From: an uncultured Trueperaceae bacterium
GTDB lineage: Bacteria > Deinococcota > Deinococci > Deinococcales > Trueperaceae
Reading direction: 5' to 3'
NCBI GenBank assembly: GCA_963799485.1
Contig: CAWCXJ010000003.1
Coordinates: 1 to 52,597 of the forward strand
DNA: 52,597 nucleotides
A program made the translations under genes and the position numbers. This document shows, piece after piece, positions 29,319 through 38,679 of the stretch (the stretch's first letter is position 1; the number at the start of each line of letters is the position of its first letter). The notes under the pieces were generated by a model. The model saw only the letters and a program-made list of their open reading frames with translations. It searched no databases and was not told where the DNA came from.

Positions 29319-29756
29319 TTACTCCTTAAGCGACATGCGCCATACTGCCCGAAAACGAACTGTTGCCGTGAGCGTGGTGTTGTCTTGAAAGCTAGCGCCC
29401 GGTTGAGTGCCTGAGAGGTACTTGAGCGGGCGCACAAGGGGAAGCCGGGGCGCTGCCTCGGTGACGTATAGCGGCGCACGCAGGACTTGGTTACGCAGGG
29501 CCGTGAGCGTGCGTTTATGTGGCCTTGTGCCGTCTGCAGCGCGGTGCTCGAGCACAACGTCAAGCGTGCCTTCAATATCGGTAACGCCTGACAGCGTTGA
29601 GCCTCGTGCATTTTCTGGCAGCCCCAAGACCACTGCATAAGGCAAGCTCCCTACGGTGTCGCTAGGGGTAAGATCATTTTCAAAAACTTTGAGGGGTGAG
29701 CTGTCGGGGTCTAGCGGATTCTCGCGCAAACTTCTTAGGAATGAAACTAGGTCGAT
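29319..29756 (-). CDS. Tail terminator/completion protein (start uncertain)
   Basis: LPYAVV motif; position before major tail. Confidence 0.6.
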   Translation of the reverse strand: MDLVSFLRSLRENPLDPDSSPLKVFENDLTPSDTVGSLPYAVVLGLPENARGSTLSGVTDIEGTLDVVLEHRAADGTRPHKRTLTALRNQVLRAPLYVTEAAPRLPLVRPLKYLSGTQPGASFQDNTTLTATVRFRAVWRMSLKE

Positions 29757-29759
29757 GCC

Positions 29760-30152
29760 TCACCCCTTTCTCGCCGCAGTAAGCATGTCGGTACGGGTTT
29801 TGTTATCTGCCGCTGTTCTAGCGAGTGGTGCGCGACCACCTACACGCCCATATTCGGCATTGTTCAACCGGTCTTGAGGCAAACCAAAGAACCCGGCCTG
29901 TTTGCGTAAAGGGTCGGGTGTGTCCCTCACCCCTACGGCGTCACGCAACGAGCCGGACTGCTCTTGCTGAAACTCACCGGGCGCAGAACTTTGGCGGGGC
30001 AACGACGGGTACTGGACGCCGCTACGTGAGCCTGCCGCTAGGTTGTCTGAAAGTTGGTCGGCATACGCTTTAGCAGCCCGCTCAACCGGGCCAGTGAGCT
30101 GCTTGGCGATAATGGCGGCGGCGTTGGGGTAGAGAGAGCCTTTAGCTTTCAA
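29760..30152 (-). CDS. HK97 gp10-like tail completion protein
   Basis: SAPGEF....SGSLRDAV, AEYG, RAPL motifs. Confidence 0.7.
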   Translation of the reverse strand: MKAKGSLYPNAAAIIAKQLTGPVERAAKAYADQLSDNLAAGSRSGVQYPSLPRQSSAPGEFQQEQSGSLRDAVGVRDTPDPLRKQAGFFGLPQDRLNNAEYGRVGGRAPLARTAADNKTRTDMLTAARKG

Positions 30153-30537
30153 ACGTCCCCCAATACTTCACCCCGATAGCCTCTACAACGTCGTGTAAGC
30201 GTTCATTCGGTACGGCTTGGATTGTCACCGTGCCGGACTTACCCATAAACGACAATGAGCAGCGTGAACCGCCTGTAACACGGCTGTCGCCCTCCATAGG
30301 GTCAGCGCATAGTAATTCAAGGTTTAGCTTGGTGCGGTCTAACCCTAAGCGTTCGGCTTCATTACCTGAAAGCTTTTTGACGTGCGCGCGAACGACGAAA
30401 CTCGAGCCGTCTAGTAGTGTCGGCTCGTTGTATTCGTCGTAAATCACGCGCCCGTTATCGTCTTTGGCATACTCGGGTGCTGTCTCAAGGGTTAAAGCGT
30501 AGTGAGGCTTAACGGTAAAAAAAGGGCCCTGACTCAC
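30142..30537 (-). CDS. Head-tail joining (stopper) protein
   Basis: Position and size. Confidence 0.55.
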   Translation of the reverse strand: MSQGPFFTVKPHYALTLETAPEYAKDDNGRVIYDEYNEPTLLDGSSFVVRAHVKKLSGNEAERLGLDRTKLNLELLCADPMEGDSRVTGGSRCSLSFMGKSGTVTIQAVPNERLHDVVEAIGVKYWGTFES

Positions 30538-30590
30538 ATGGCACGCTCCCTTCTACGAGGTGAATAGTTGAGATGAGAACCACCTCCGCT

Positions 30591-30947
30591 CTAAAACGTC
30601 AGCGTGCTTTCAAGTACCGGCTCGGGTGCGCCTAGCTGGGCGTGCTCGGGGTCTGTCAGGTCAAGGCGCGCCACCTGCGCGGCGTGTTCCTCAGCCAGAC
30701 CCTCGAGGGCTTCGCTTAAGTCTCTAAACGTTGCGCCCTCGCCGCTATTTAGCCAGCGCGGGTTACTTTTGAGCGTCCGATACGCAACCAGGTAGGGCAG
30801 GAAGTACCACACGCCGTCAACGCCGAGTACTTGCGTCTCGTTGAGACGGCGCTCGAGCTGGGCATTGGTGAGTGCTGTGACGAATTCACGCACGGCTTCA
30901 GCCGCTACGTCAGAGTCAGTGTAATCAGGATAATCGGGCGGTAGCAT
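30591..30947 (-). CDS. Head-tail adaptor
   Basis: Position after capsid genes; helical. Confidence 0.55.
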   Translation of the reverse strand: MLPPDYPDYTDSDVAAEAVREFVTALTNAQLERRLNETQVLGVDGVWYFLPYLVAYRTLKSNPRWLNSGEGATFRDLSEALEGLAEEHAAQVARLDLTDPEHAQLGAPEPVLESTLTF

Positions 30948-30950
30948 AGG

Positions 30951-31190
30951 TTAGCCCCCTAACCGCTCCTTTAACTCAGCAACCGTGCCTTCGGTATCAA
31001 GCCCGCGCTGTTCTGCGAGTGCGATGAGTTCAGGCTTTTTAAGGTCGTCCAGGTTAAGCGCTTCAGCCGTTGCCAAAGGGTGGCGGGCGTTGACCCAACG
31101 GTTTGCCACGTCGTCGGGTACCTCGAGGGTTTCGCCCTTAGCCCTGCCTTGGCCGCCGTAACGGGTGGCTCTAAGCAGCGTGGCCTTCAT
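30951..31190 (-). CDS. Small capsid-linked protein with SAP/HeH-like motif
   Basis: LKKPELIALAEQRGLDTEGTVAELKERL. Confidence 0.7.
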   Translation of the reverse strand: MKATLLRATRYGGQGRAKGETLEVPDDVANRWVNARHPLATAEALNLDDLKKPELIALAEQRGLDTEGTVAELKERLGG

Positions 31191-32149
31191 TAGGGTGTAA
31201 CGGCAGGCTCGAGAACACCGAAAGGAAAGCGCGTGGCGTTAGCGCTGTTCTGATAGTTGAGCGAATCCGGCACCGTCCAGGCAACCCGCATGACAGCGCG
31301 TAACGCGACCATATCGTTTTGCATAAGGTTATGCAGAATGGTGCCGTCGGGGGCTTGCACCACGCCTTCGGTAAAGACCTTGATGGTCAGGTCTTGCCTC
31401 ATGGCGTAGATGAGTTTTGTCCAGTCGCCTGCGATTAAGAGCGCGGTGCTAGGGTCAACCGCCCCGGTACGCGGGAAGTAGATCGGCTGCCCGTCGAGTA
31501 CGTATTGCCCGGCTTGCTGCATGTTCTGCATGAAGATGGGGTGCCCATCGGAGCCGCGCAAGCCGCGCAGACGTGCGCGGGCCTGAAGTGCGCCGATATA
31601 GCCGTTGACCATGTAACCGTCTTCCTCAACCGTCGCCACAAGGCCGTCCGTGCTGAGGAGGTCATCATAAAGGTCAGCGCCCGTGCCCGATGCGACCGTA
31701 TTGCCCTTCGCAATCGCTTGCGGGACAATGCCAACAGGCCACGCGTTAGGCTTGTTCGTGCTGTACAGTACCGCCTGGTCGAACGCCTTACCGAACGCGG
31801 TGACGAGCATGGGCGTGATCTGCCCGAAGATGTCATATGACGCATCGGCGATGACGTTTTCCGGCACCGGCACGATGACCGCGAGTTCTTCGGCGTTGAG
31901 GTAGGTATTCGCCCATTCTGCGTTGGTCGTCTGTTTGCGCCCAGTATCAGAAGGGTCAGCCCCGGCGTTGAGGAAGTACGCCTGCGGAAGCGCCGAAAGT
32001 ACGGGAATCCGGGTCTGGGCGGTGCTCATATCGGGGGCGCGGGTAGCCAGCGACATGACGGCGCTTCCCTCCGCGACCTGTTGCACGATGTTTGCTGCGA
32101 CATCCTGGGGGATGAGCGCTTCAGCGTTAGCTCTGCTTACAAATGCCAT
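31190..32149 (-). CDS. Major capsid protein (HK97 fold)
   Basis: ALIPQDV, EELAVIVPV, FGKAFDQAVL, GDW, NLMQNDMVALRAVMR. Confidence 0.95.
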   Translation of the reverse strand: MAFVSRANAEALIPQDVAANIVQQVAEGSAVMSLATRAPDMSTAQTRIPVLSALPQAYFLNAGADPSDTGRKQTTNAEWANTYLNAEELAVIVPVPENVIADASYDIFGQITPMLVTAFGKAFDQAVLYSTNKPNAWPVGIVPQAIAKGNTVASGTGADLYDDLLSTDGLVATVEEDGYMVNGYIGALQARARLRGLRGSDGHPIFMQNMQQAGQYVLDGQPIYFPRTGAVDPSTALLIAGDWTKLIYAMRQDLTIKVFTEGVVQAPDGTILHNLMQNDMVALRAVMRVAWTVPDSLNYQNSANATRFPFGVLEPAVTP

Positions 32150-32160
32150 TGTTGTCTCCT

Positions 32161-32739
32161 TTAGTAGCCCATCGCCCGGCGTATCACGGCGTTAGCGTCT
32201 TCCGCTCCGCCGCTCGCGAGCGTGCGCCCGTTGACGCCGCGCTGGGGCGTCTGAGTTGAGGGTTTTTGTTCGGGGTAATCGGCAAAGAACGCCTCGAGGT
32301 CGGCGGTACCGTCCTCAGCCACGTAATCACCGATGAGCTTGATCGACGCTTTGGCGTTGACGACCTTACCTGCAAGCTGACGCTCGAGGCTGTAGGTGCG
32401 CCGCTCCTGGGCAAGTTCGGCTTCAAGCTCCTGAATACGCGCCGCTGCCTTTTGTTCTTTGACCTGCGCTTTTTCAAGCGCGCTCATCTTGGCTTGTTTC
32501 TCGGCTTCGGCTTTTTCGGTTTCCCATTCGCCCCGGAGCTTGGCGCGTTCACGCTCAAGGCGGCGTGCTAGCAACTTGTCTACCTGTTCCTGAGTAAGCA
32601 CTTTTTGAGGCTCATTGCCGCTAGTCTCTTGCGTGTCTTCCGTCGTTTCCGCCTCCGGCTGCGTGGTTGGCTGAGTTTCCGCCTCAGCGGGCGTGGTGTT
32701 TTCGTCTGCCATAAAAGAGCGCAGGAAGTTTAGTGACAT
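32161..32739 (-). CDS. Capsid scaffolding protein
   Basis: TQEQVDKLLARRLERER coiled coil; precedes capsid gene. Confidence 0.85.
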   Translation of the reverse strand: MSLNFLRSFMADENTTPAEAETQPTTQPEAETTEDTQETSGNEPQKVLTQEQVDKLLARRLERERAKLRGEWETEKAEAEKQAKMSALEKAQVKEQKAAARIQELEAELAQERRTYSLERQLAGKVVNAKASIKLIGDYVAEDGTADLEAFFADYPEQKPSTQTPQRGVNGRTLASGGAEDANAVIRRAMGY

Positions 32740-32764
32740 TCCAGGAAGTCAACGAGAAAGCAAT

Positions 32765-32787
32765 AAAAAAGCCCGCACGAGGCGGGC
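32765..32787 (-). terminator. Intrinsic terminator-like hairpin
   Basis: GCCCGC-CTCGT-GCGGGC-T6. Confidence 0.7.
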
Positions 32788-32804
32788 GGCTTATCTAATG
32801 GGCG

Positions 32805-34097
32805 TTACATGGTCGGCACCTGGGGGATGAGACTCCCTTGTTTGTCTTCTAACCCTAAAGCTTGGATAAACGCCTCGACTCGCGTGTCGGCTATTTCGTC
32901 GAAAAACTGCGAGATAACCCGGATACCCGACGCTCTATCAAGCAAGCCGTCTTTAACCAGATCGCGGACTTGCGTAATTACCTGGTCTTTAACGCGGTTG
33001 CGGTTGACGGATATTGAAACGTTAGGCGACGCGCCACGAATCCCGGCAGCTTCAAAATAATCGGCGGTCAGTTCGGTTAAAAGCTCACCTATAGCAGTTG
33101 CCATCACGTCGCAACTGCTCATATAGTCTTGCGCCGCCTCCATTAAAGCTTCACCGCTCGGGGTCTGCCCGCCTAAGTACCCGCCCGGTAGGTTGAGGAG
33201 TTGACGGAGGCGCTCGAGCTTGCGGTCGTGATGCGCGTGAATCTGCGATAGGTCACCGGGGGTGATGTATTTTGCGTCGCCTGATTCGCTCGCTAGGATG
33301 ACCCGCGTTGCGCCGCGCCGCTCATAGCCCTTGACCTCGCCTTTGATTAAAAGCTGAGCAAACGCCGTCGCTTCTTCGACCCGGTCGGCCCGTAGCTGGC
33401 TCGCCCATTCGCTTTTAAGCACCGGCAGCGCCGTCATAAACTCACCGACGGGTAGCCCGTCAGCGTCTTCATGCAGGATGCGGTAGCGCGGCATCCTGAG
33501 CCCGCTCAGCGGCTCCGGAACGCGGCCTATCTCGGTCGGTTTTCGCAGGTCGGACCATTCGTAGACAAGTTTTGTCTCAAGGTCGTAAATCCGCACCAGC
33601 CAGTGCTCACGTCCGAGTGAGAGCTTAACTAAAATAGCCTGATAGATGCCCCACTCATAATCCATGTCTTCGGGGTCGCGTAAAGGCTCGAGGTAGCCCC
33701 CTAAACGCTGGATGCGGGGCGCGTCGCTCCCCTCGGGCGTGTAGACGTGCCCCGCGATCATGCCCGCGACGCGGCCCTGTAGATGGAACCGCTGCGCCAG
33801 TTGCGGGAGCCGTAAGAGCCGCATAGCCTCATCGAGCTTTACGCCGCCTGCGCCCCAGTTGATGTCGCCTAGTGTGCCGTTTTTAAGCACGGTTAAAGCG
33901 CGGGGGCCGAGGGACGTGACCATGCGGGCAAGACGCTCGAGGGCGGCGCGTTCCTCCAGGCTTGCCGAAGTCGGGAGCAGGCTTGTCGGGATAAACGAAA
34001 GCTTGCCCGTTGCCCATTCATACGCTTCAGCTGTTGACATGGCGCGGTTTTCAATATCTTCTAAAGCCGCTTTGACGCGGCTGTCGTTAAGATTCAA
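32805..34097 (-). CDS. Portal protein
   Basis: 430 aa after terminase; PSGEAL motif of SPP1-like portals. Confidence 0.85.
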   Translation of the reverse strand: MNLNDSRVKAALEDIENRAMSTAEAYEWATGKLSFIPTSLLPTSASLEERAALERLARMVTSLGPRALTVLKNGTLGDINWGAGGVKLDEAMRLLRLPQLAQRFHLQGRVAGMIAGHVYTPEGSDAPRIQRLGGYLEPLRDPEDMDYEWGIYQAILVKLSLGREHWLVRIYDLETKLVYEWSDLRKPTEIGRVPEPLSGLRMPRYRILHEDADGLPVGEFMTALPVLKSEWASQLRADRVEEATAFAQLLIKGEVKGYERRGATRVILASESGDAKYITPGDLSQIHAHHDRKLERLRQLLNLPGGYLGGQTPSGEALMEAAQDYMSSCDVMATAIGELLTELTADYFEAAGIRGASPNVSISVNRNRVKDQVITQVRDLVKDGLLDRASGIRVISQFFDEIADTRVEAFIQALGLEDKQGSLIPQVPTM

Positions 34098-34108
34098 AGC
34101 GGCTCCTT

Positions 34109-35446
34109 TCAGTAAAACGCGGCGATGCGCTGAGCAAGGTCGGGGTCGGTAGAGGCCGGCACCGTCTGCCGCATCCGCTCGGCTAGGGCTAAGGCGACCA
34201 CACCGTCATCGTGCTCACCGGAGGGTGCACTGTACTTAACGCCGGTTGCACTGTAGACATATTCAAACGCCTCGAGTTCAAACTTTAGACGCGGGTCGCT
34301 GTAATGGATTGTCTGGCTTTGCAGAGCGCTTGCCAACCCTAGCATGAGCTGTTGCTTGCTGGAACTGCTGAATTTGAATCCGACAAGTTTGTCATGCGAC
34401 TCTTGCAACTCTTCGACGATGGGGTCGCCGACGCCGCTCGAGTCGATAAGCGTATGTACGCCCTTAGTTAGCTCGAGTATCTTGCGCTTCGTCTCACCCC
34501 ACGGCCCCTGCCAGCGTTCGCTAAAACACTCGTTACCGTTGGCGTCTAGGCCGATAACCCAAGTCCAGTCAATACTCTTAGCTAAGTCGCACCCGTACAC
34601 ACTTACCGGGTTACTACTCTGTACTGGCCTGTAACACGCTTCAATTGCGCCCAGTCCAAACGGATTCGCCCCATCGTCGGCAGCCTCGGCTTCGTACAGC
34701 TCCTTAAAAACATGCTCGGGTAGGTCACGCCGCGCCTGTTCAACGATATGCGCGTCGATCACGCCGCCTTCGATGGCGTCGGCAGCCGTCAGCCGGTGAT
34801 AGCTCCAACCCGGTTCCCCCGCTTCGGCTTTACGCGCCAGCTTATAGGCGAAATTGCGCCGTCCCTTGACGTTGCCGATCAGTTTGGCGCGTCCCTGCGT
34901 GGCTGTCAACGTCGAGTAGCACGCCGTCCATGCCTGCTCCTTCCAACGGCTGATCTCGTCGGTGACGAGCGTGTACACGTCCTCACCGTAGAGGCTGTCG
35001 GGGTTGTCGGCAGACTTGAACCACCAGCGCGCGCCGTACACGTCGATGTATTTACGGGTGTCGTTTTTAGCGAAGGGGACGGCATTGCCGATCTTCTCGA
35101 GCTTGCCGGACGCGTCTACAAAGCCGCGCAGGTAGTCTTGTGCGCGGCGGTAGGCAATGTCGGCCTGGTCGCTGATAGGCGCGACCCACCAGTGGTTGCC
35201 TCTGCCGCTGCTGTATATCTCCTGGAGCTGCCAGTGCAAGTGACTTAACGTTTTCCCAGCTTTCGTCGTTGCCTCGGTAATGGTGAAGCGGGCAGGGTCG
35301 CTGACGATAGCGGCTTGCTTGGGGTAGAGACTTAGGACGGGGGGGGCGTCAGTTGAGGCTTCGCGCCGCGCCGCTATCCTGTCCCGAAGCGTCGGTAAGC
35401 GTGTCGTAGATACGCCCGAGGAGGGCCGGGTCATGTCCAAACTCAC
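34109..35446 (-). CDS. terL: Terminase large subunit (start uncertain)
   Basis: Walker A TKAGKT, Walker B LVTDE, nuclease GCDLA and HDD. Confidence 0.93.
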   Translation of the reverse strand: MSLDMTRPSSGVSTTRLPTLRDRIAARREASTDAPPVLSLYPKQAAIVSDPARFTITEATTKAGKTLSHLHWQLQEIYSSGRGNHWWVAPISDQADIAYRRAQDYLRGFVDASGKLEKIGNAVPFAKNDTRKYIDVYGARWWFKSADNPDSLYGEDVYTLVTDEISRWKEQAWTACYSTLTATQGRAKLIGNVKGRRNFAYKLARKAEAGEPGWSYHRLTAADAIEGGVIDAHIVEQARRDLPEHVFKELYEAEAADDGANPFGLGAIEACYRPVQSSNPVSVYGCDLAKSIDWTWVIGLDANGNECFSERWQGPWGETKRKILELTKGVHTLIDSSGVGDPIVEELQESHDKLVGFKFSSSSKQQLMLGLASALQSQTIHYSDPRLKFELEAFEYVYSATGVKYSAPSGEHDDGVVALALAERMRQTVPASTDPDLAQRIAAFY

Positions 35447-35855
35447 GCTCGAGCCTCCCTAGTGCAGCGTCGTATTCATTATTTAGCTGCTCATACACCA
35501 CCACCTGCGGCGCGTCGGTACCGAGCAGTTCTCGCATGTCTTTTAAGACCTTACGCACGTCCTCGTAACGTTTCTCAACCCAGCCAAGCCGGATAAGCTC
35601 TTGATAGTCGGCCAGGATTTCCGCTTTATGTTCACTGGTGTCTTTTAGCGCTTCGCGGTGGGCCTCGGCGCGAAGCGTTTGGATGTCCCTTTGAATTGTG
35701 GCAACGTCCCAGGGTTTCTCTGTCTTAGGGTTGAGCCGGTTAGCTTTCTCGAGCGCCCGGACGATCTGCCGGACGGTGTAGCGGCGGCGGCGCAAGGCGG
35801 CAACCTCACGGCGGCGGTCTTCGATGATGTCTAGCCAACTGCTGTTGAGTGCCAT
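35349..35855 (-). CDS. terS: Terminase small subunit
   Basis: N-terminal HTH (YTVRQI..ATIQRDI), LLGTDAP; directly before terL. Confidence 0.8.
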   Translation of the reverse strand: MALNSSWLDIIEDRRREVAALRRRRYTVRQIVRALEKANRLNPKTEKPWDVATIQRDIQTLRAEAHREALKDTSEHKAEILADYQELIRLGWVEKRYEDVRKVLKDMRELLGTDAPQVVVYEQLNNEYDAALGRLEREFGHDPALLGRIYDTLTDASGQDSGAARSLN

Positions 35856-35864
35856 GATGTTGCG

Positions 35865-36923
35865 TCACCTCGCTTTCAGTAGGTCTTGTTTGATTTGAAG
35901 TGCAATTGCTCGCATCATCAGAGGTGGAACGCTGTTACCGATACGTTCCCATTGTTGAGCGTATTTTCCGACTAGCTGATAAGAGTCGGGTAATGAGCCG
36001 ACTCGCTTTAGTTCACGTATTGTCAAACGTCTCAGTTCATAGGGGTGACAGCATGAGCAACTTGCACCACTACCGTCTTGTTTCAAGACCGTCCCGGACG
36101 GTCTTGAAAAGTCCAAACGCTTCAAGCCAAAGTGAGAACCGCCGGTAACTTTTGAACCCTGCTCCCAAGGCTTGAGCTGTGCAAGCAGCTGACTTGACCT
36201 TAAGCCGTCTTTGTAGCGACTGTCTTTCAGCTCGTCTTCAGTATTGACCACGCCCTCAAGTGCTTGTCTGAGAGTTATCGGCTTTAGCGTTTGCGCTCTT
36301 GGATAGCTCGGCTTTGTTTTCAAATCTTCACGTACACCGATAAAAATCATTCGCTCTCTTGATTGTGGTACGCTGAAATACATAGCGTTCAGAAGTCTTG
36401 CTGAAACGTTGTAACCGCTCGCTTTTAGCTCTTTTAATATCTCAACAAAAACGAGCTTCATTTTACCCTTGACCATACCGGACACGTTTTCCATCACGAA
36501 CACTTTGGGTTGCAAGCCGCGCAAGAGCCTGACGTACTCTCTAAAAAGCTGATTACGCGGGTCGTCTAAAAGTCTTCGTCCAGCGGTTGAAAAGCCCTGA
36601 CAGGGCGGTGAGCCGTCAAGCACATCTAACCGACCGCGCGCTAAGCCTGTGCGCTCAAGTGTTTCTTCTACGCTCAGTTTGGCAATGTCACCGTGATAGA
36701 TAGCAAGCTCGGGATAGTTGAGTCTTAACGTCTGTACCGCGTTATCATCCCATTCAACCGCTAGCAGCTCATGAAAGCCTGCCATCTTGTAGCCGGTCGT
36801 GCTGCCGCCGCCTCCGGCAAAAGTGCTGATAACTGTCGGCGCGTCCGGTTCTCTAGGCGCTATGGCGTCTTCCCACACCGCACTAAGCAGCTCAGGATAG
36901 CTAAGCCGGGTACTTATGACCAC
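35865..36923 (-). CDS. DNA cytosine-C5 methyltransferase
   Basis: FAGGGG, GSPPCQGFS, ENV, QSRER, IGNSVPP. Confidence 0.95.
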   Translation of the reverse strand: MVISTRLSYPELLSAVWEDAIAPREPDAPTVISTFAGGGGSTTGYKMAGFHELLAVEWDDNAVQTLRLNYPELAIYHGDIAKLSVEETLERTGLARGRLDVLDGSPPCQGFSTAGRRLLDDPRNQLFREYVRLLRGLQPKVFVMENVSGMVKGKMKLVFVEILKELKASGYNVSARLLNAMYFSVPQSRERMIFIGVREDLKTKPSYPRAQTLKPITLRQALEGVVNTEDELKDSRYKDGLRSSQLLAQLKPWEQGSKVTGGSHFGLKRLDFSRPSGTVLKQDGSGASCSCCHPYELRRLTIRELKRVGSLPDSYQLVGKYAQQWERIGNSVPPLMMRAIALQIKQDLLKAR

Positions 36924-37395
36924 ACGACGGGCACTCGAGCATCTTCACGCTGTCCCCCACACTTTCATCAAATTCTCTAAACTCGGGCTCTTTTAGGTCG
37001 TTTAGCAATTCGTCCAGATCATCAGAGCTGAACCCCGTCCCCTCGAGACCCCCATCATCCACCAACTCTTTTAGCAGTTCAGCTAGCGCCGCGTCGTCAT
37101 TCGTCGCACTGTCTGAAGTTTTGTTGTCGGCTAAAAGAATACGCAAAGCAGCGTTATCGTCAACGTCAATAAACTTGACCGGCACTTCTTTTGCGCCGGA
37201 GTCTAGCGCAGCCTTCCAGCGGTGATTACCGACGATGATACGGCCTGTGCTCTTTTGCACAATGATGTCGCTATAGAATCCGTTGGCGTTGATACTCTCA
37301 TAAATGAGTCCAACGTCACCTTGGCGCACGTTGCGTTCATGCGGCCTAATGCTGTCTATGGCGACAGTCTGATACTCGCCTTTTATCGTTTGCAT
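36901..37395 (-). CDS. ParB/Srx N-terminal domain protein
   Basis: IIVGNHRWKAA, LADNK, terminal CPSCGH. Confidence 0.85.
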   Translation of the reverse strand: MQTIKGEYQTVAIDSIRPHERNVRQGDVGLIYESINANGFYSDIIVQKSTGRIIVGNHRWKAALDSGAKEVPVKFIDVDDNAALRILLADNKTSDSATNDDAALAELLKELVDDGGLEGTGFSSDDLDELLNDLKEPEFREFDESVGDSVKMLECPSCGHKYPA

Positions 37396-37414
37396 ATACC
37401 CCCATACCCTCGAG

Positions 37415-37600
37415 CCAAAGAAAAAGGCCCGCATCGGGCCGTTTAAGTAATTTTGAGACAGAACTTTTGTTAAAGATTAGCACAAAAGAAATCAGCCACC
37501 TAAAAAGCGAGCGGGTGCGGTACGTTTAGCAAAAGATGCCCCGTAGGGCACCATTTGACAGAATTCTCTAGGCAAAATCTAGCATAATTTTAGCAACACA
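37415..37600 (-). promoter_or_regulatory. Late-control region: extended -10 promoters each followed by a terminator
   Basis: TGcTAAAAT, TGcTAGATT, TGcTAATCT; hairpins 37537-37550 and 37426-37440 with T-runs. Confidence 0.55.
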
Positions 37601-37601
37601 G

Positions 37602-38198
37602 TCAAGTTTGCGCCGCACTAACCGCTTCTTTGATCTTCTCTTCCGCGCTCTTTCTCGCCTCTTCGATTTCACGAGCGGCTGTACTCGAGACCCGCACCAC
37701 CTCGGCACGCCCCAGTAACCGTAAACTCAGCTCTGCCGTGCGCTCGTCCACTTCGGGATTACGGGCCATGTAGTAACCGCCGCCTCTGGTTTCGCTATGA
37801 ACCTTGAAATGCCACACCGCCCGCGTCGCCCTATGCAACACCAGGTCATCCCAAACGGCAGCCTCTTCCCGGCTCAGCTCATAGTGAAAGCTCTCGTAAT
37901 GGTCGCGGGGCATAAAGATGGCGTGCGGTGGGCAACCCAGGCGCGGTTCGGAAAGCGACAGCGTTTTAAGAAACTCGGCGTCGGGGGGGGTCTGCTCGAG
38001 GCCAGCGTGACCACCAAGCGTGCGAAAGCCGAGCCAGCCCATACCGGATGTTCTCATCGGCCAGCCGGAGCGCTCGCAGCGGCGCAAGGCTAGAAATAAA
38101 TCATTCGCCAAATGCCTCTGGCAGTTCACTGAGTTCTCTACTCGCTTACGTTTCAGTTGCTTCAAAACATCGTCCCATCGACACGGTAGACTATTCAC
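37602..38198 (-). CDS. Putative late-gene regulator (Q-like position)
   Basis: Last early gene before the late-control region; function by position only. Confidence 0.45.
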   Translation of the reverse strand: MNSLPCRWDDVLKQLKRKRVENSVNCQRHLANDLFLALRRCERSGWPMRTSGMGWLGFRTLGGHAGLEQTPPDAEFLKTLSLSEPRLGCPPHAIFMPRDHYESFHYELSREEAAVWDDLVLHRATRAVWHFKVHSETRGGGYYMARNPEVDERTAELSLRLLGRAEVVRVSSTAAREIEEARKSAEEKIKEAVSAAQT

Positions 38199-38237
38199 GC
38201 ACGGTAGAGCCCTCAGTTGGCGCTGAGGGCTGTTTTT

Positions 38238-38375
38238 TTAGAGTTGACTTCGCATTTCAGGAAAACGCCTTATCCAGCCCGCAAACTGTTCGGGGTAGGC
38301 TGTACGCCACTCCGACCAGGCACCGTGCCGGTAAATCGCTTCACTTGCGCGCCCCGCACCAAAGGTGAAATCACT
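38238..38375 (-). pseudogene. C-terminal fragment resembling type IV-B CysH-like protein
   Basis: G..SEWRTAYPEQFAGWIRRFPEMRSQL*; no start of its own. Confidence 0.4.
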
Positions 38376-38679
38376 GCGGGCGTCCGGGCTCGGCGACGAT
38401 TTTAGGCCAACGCAGCGTGTCGCCGACAGCCAGCACATTACGGTGGGTGCGCTTGGGGTCGCTGTAGAGCCACGCGCACGCTCCGCAGCAGTGCGTGCCG
38501 AAGCGGAAAAAGTCGGCGTGCTGGGCAAACGTCGGATTGTTGATAACGGCGGTTTGCACGCCTTCTGTTAGGGGCGCGGCGCAAGTCGAACAAACCCCCG
38601 TAACAGGCTCGAGCACCCATTTCCCTTCAGGGCGTCCGGCGGCGTACCATAGGTGTTGTGGGGCGCTAAGGTACTGCAT
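38371..38679 (-). pseudogene. csf1: Truncated Csf1 (type IV Cas8-like) N-terminus
   Basis: GVCSTCA...PTFAQHADFF...CCGACAW zinc pattern; GGAGG RBS; stops at 102 aa. Confidence 0.6.

Noticed and set aside
3375..35248. Long plus-strand ORFs such as 3859-4560, 7983-8591, 15151-15891, 17436-18107 and 34748-35248
   Set aside because: Antisense shadows of GC-rich minus-strand genes, without RBS or motifs
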